A DNA stretch of 64,000 bases from Podarcis erhardii. Taxonomy: Eukaryota. The stretch lies in assembly GCA_964252035.1 (NCBI GenBank), contig CAXUOO010000037.1; one strand, written 5' to 3'. The notes beneath the pieces were generated by a model, which worked only from the letters and a program-made list of their open reading frames with translations, had not been told where the DNA came from and ran no database searches. Positions within the stretch are counted from its first letter, which is position 1, and every line of letters begins with the position of its first letter. A program made the position numbers and the translations under genes. Below, piece by piece: positions 62,235 through 64,000 of the stretch.

Positions 62235-63441
62235 GACAGCGCAGGTTTTCCAGGCCCAGCAGCGAGAAGACCAGCACCCCCAGCAGAAGCAGCAGCAGCT
62301 GCTGGTGCATGCAGCTGCAGAGTCTGCGTCGATGCCCTACTCGCAAGTTCCCTCCCACACTGGACTGCTGCAGTCTTCTCTGGGTTTTCCGTTCGGCGAA
62401 ACTTCCTCTTCTTCTTCCTCGCCCAGCAGTGCCCACTCGCCTCGCCAGCAGCAGCGACAACCACAGCAGCTCATGCAGCAACCACGCAGAGAAGAAACCG
62501 GCGCCACTGCTCACTCAATTTCCTCCACGCTTCAGCAGCAGCAGCGGCAAGAACAAGTGTGGCTGCACCACCAACACCACCAGCAGCACCAGCACCAGCA
62601 CCACCAACACCACCAGCAGCAGCAGCAGTCACAGCCAGTGGAGGAGGAGTCCGTCTGTTTCGCTTACCGAAGCTTCGCTGCCGGTCCTTTCACTGGCGAT
62701 ACAGCACAACAAGCACAGCAGCAGTCGCAGCAGCAGCAGCCATTCCCACCACTACCACAAGCACAGCAACCACAGCTGTTTTATTCTCGAGAGGCTCCGC
62801 CAGTGCTGCGCGAGGGAGGAGACAACAGAACCAGCGACTACTCCTCTGTTTTCGTGGACAACAACAACAACAACAACAACGCTGCGCTGCTGCTGCTGCA
62901 GCAACAACAGCAGTTTCAGCAGGCAAGACAGCCGCAACTGCTGCAGCGGAAGCTTCAACAGCAACAGCAACAGCAGCAGCAGAAATCGCAGCTGCAGCAG
63001 CCTCAAGGAAGCCAACTCGACAGGCGGCTCGAGTGGCCTGCTGCGTCCACCACGCTGCCCTTTCACCTCCAGCAACAGCAGCAGCTGCTCCAGCACCAAC
63101 TTCTGCAGCAGCAGCACTTGCAGCAACAGCAGCAGCTTCAGCAAAAGCAGCAAGTGCTGCTGCAGCAGCAGCTCCTGCAGCTTCAGCAGCAACAACAGCA
63201 CCAGTTGCTGCCTGATGATGAAGGACACGGGGCTGCGGGGCTCTCAGCTCTTCCTAGTCGACCCAGAAGCAACAACCACAACAGTCTCTTGCAAGGAGCT
63301 CCGTCAACAGCGGAAAAAAGTCTCCCTCCTCCTCCTGCTGTGCCCCGCTCCACAGCTGCTTGTAGTCAAATTCAAGTCGAGCCACATAATGTCTTGCTGC
63401 TCTTGCGTCAACTCGTCGAAGAAAATCCTGCTCGTTTCAAG
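62074..63441 (+). CDS. First exon of a poly-Gln/low-complexity protein of unknown function; gene continues beyond the window
   Basis: ORF 62017-63480 with ATG at 62074 (gcaATGg); long CAG/CAA tracts; a non-repetitive tail EPHNVLLLLRQLVEENPARFK ends at probable donor AAG|GTCCGT (63442). Confidence 0.7.
62203..62232 (+). repeat. (CAA)10 encoding poly-Gln
   Basis: Perfect CAA run inside the poly-Gln ORF. Confidence 0.9.
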
Positions 63442-64000
63442 GTCCGTGTCTCACCGTCACTCGAAGCGAACAAGTATTGACACGCGTAAACTCCCCAATT
63501 CAACTAGAATACAGAGCACTTGAAACTTCAGACACACACACTGCACATGCACAACCACCACATATATAGTGTATCTGTGTAGACTTTGATTCACGGACGT
63601 GCGTGTACTTCATTAGTAGGCAGTGCCACAGAACGAGCCAGCTTCTTTGGATTCACTGTAGTTATCTCTGTCACGGTTACGCGTGTGTTCATACGTACGC
63701 ATAGAGAAAAAAAAGCTTTCTAACCTCTGTCGGTGCATCTACGTATACGTACAGTTTTACATCTATATATCGCATATTTACGTAGCTAAACCTACAATCG
63801 CATATACGGCTAAGGATATACATATATTTATTTATTTAGAGCCTGGCAACGCGCCAGCAGATGTTTCTGGGAATAGGTCAATGGCATATTTTTTGTGGTT
63901 GATTGAGCGGCAGCAACAGGAGCAGCAGCCGCAGTGCTGGCATGAATGAAAGTGGATGTGTCATTTACTTGTTCAAACGTACTATTTTCATATATATATA

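Noticed and set aside
1-64000. rRNA, tRNA, telomere-like (TTTAGGG)n arrays, and LTR/gag-pol retrotransposon
   Set aside because: No such motifs were seen by eye: no cloverleaf or T-loop context, no heptamer arrays, no RT/integrase motifs. tRNAscan-SE, Infernal and RepeatMasker runs would be decisive.

Overview
Eukaryotic, intron-rich DNA that looks like an apicomplexan coccidian (Eimeriidae-like). This is inferred from (GCA/CAG)n homopolymeric amino-acid tracts in exons, TGCATGCA octamers and (TA)n-rich introns. I can build five protein-coding genes. (1) + strand, 234-22653: a ~9-exon group A FAD-dependent monooxygenase (PheA/TfdB-like) whose first intron is GC-AG. (2) - strand, ~44982-28936: a SUV3-like mitochondrial RNA helicase. 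(3) + strand, 47595-48508: a 5-exon, 191-aa predicted secreted protein with 12 Cys, largely missed by the ORF track and not assignable to a family. (4) - strand, 56479-49097: an 8-exon SLC35C2/TPT-family nucleotide-sugar transporter. (5) + strand, from 62074: the first exon of a poly-Gln protein that runs off the window. Genes 1 and 2 carry about a dozen single-base frameshifts, several in short homopolymers, most likely assembly indel errors. Several small tandem duplications lie in introns and intergenic DNA. I found no rRNA, tRNA, CRISPR array or recognisable transposon, and no convincing novel multi-gene system. The best candidate for novelty is the hidden cysteine-rich secreted protein.
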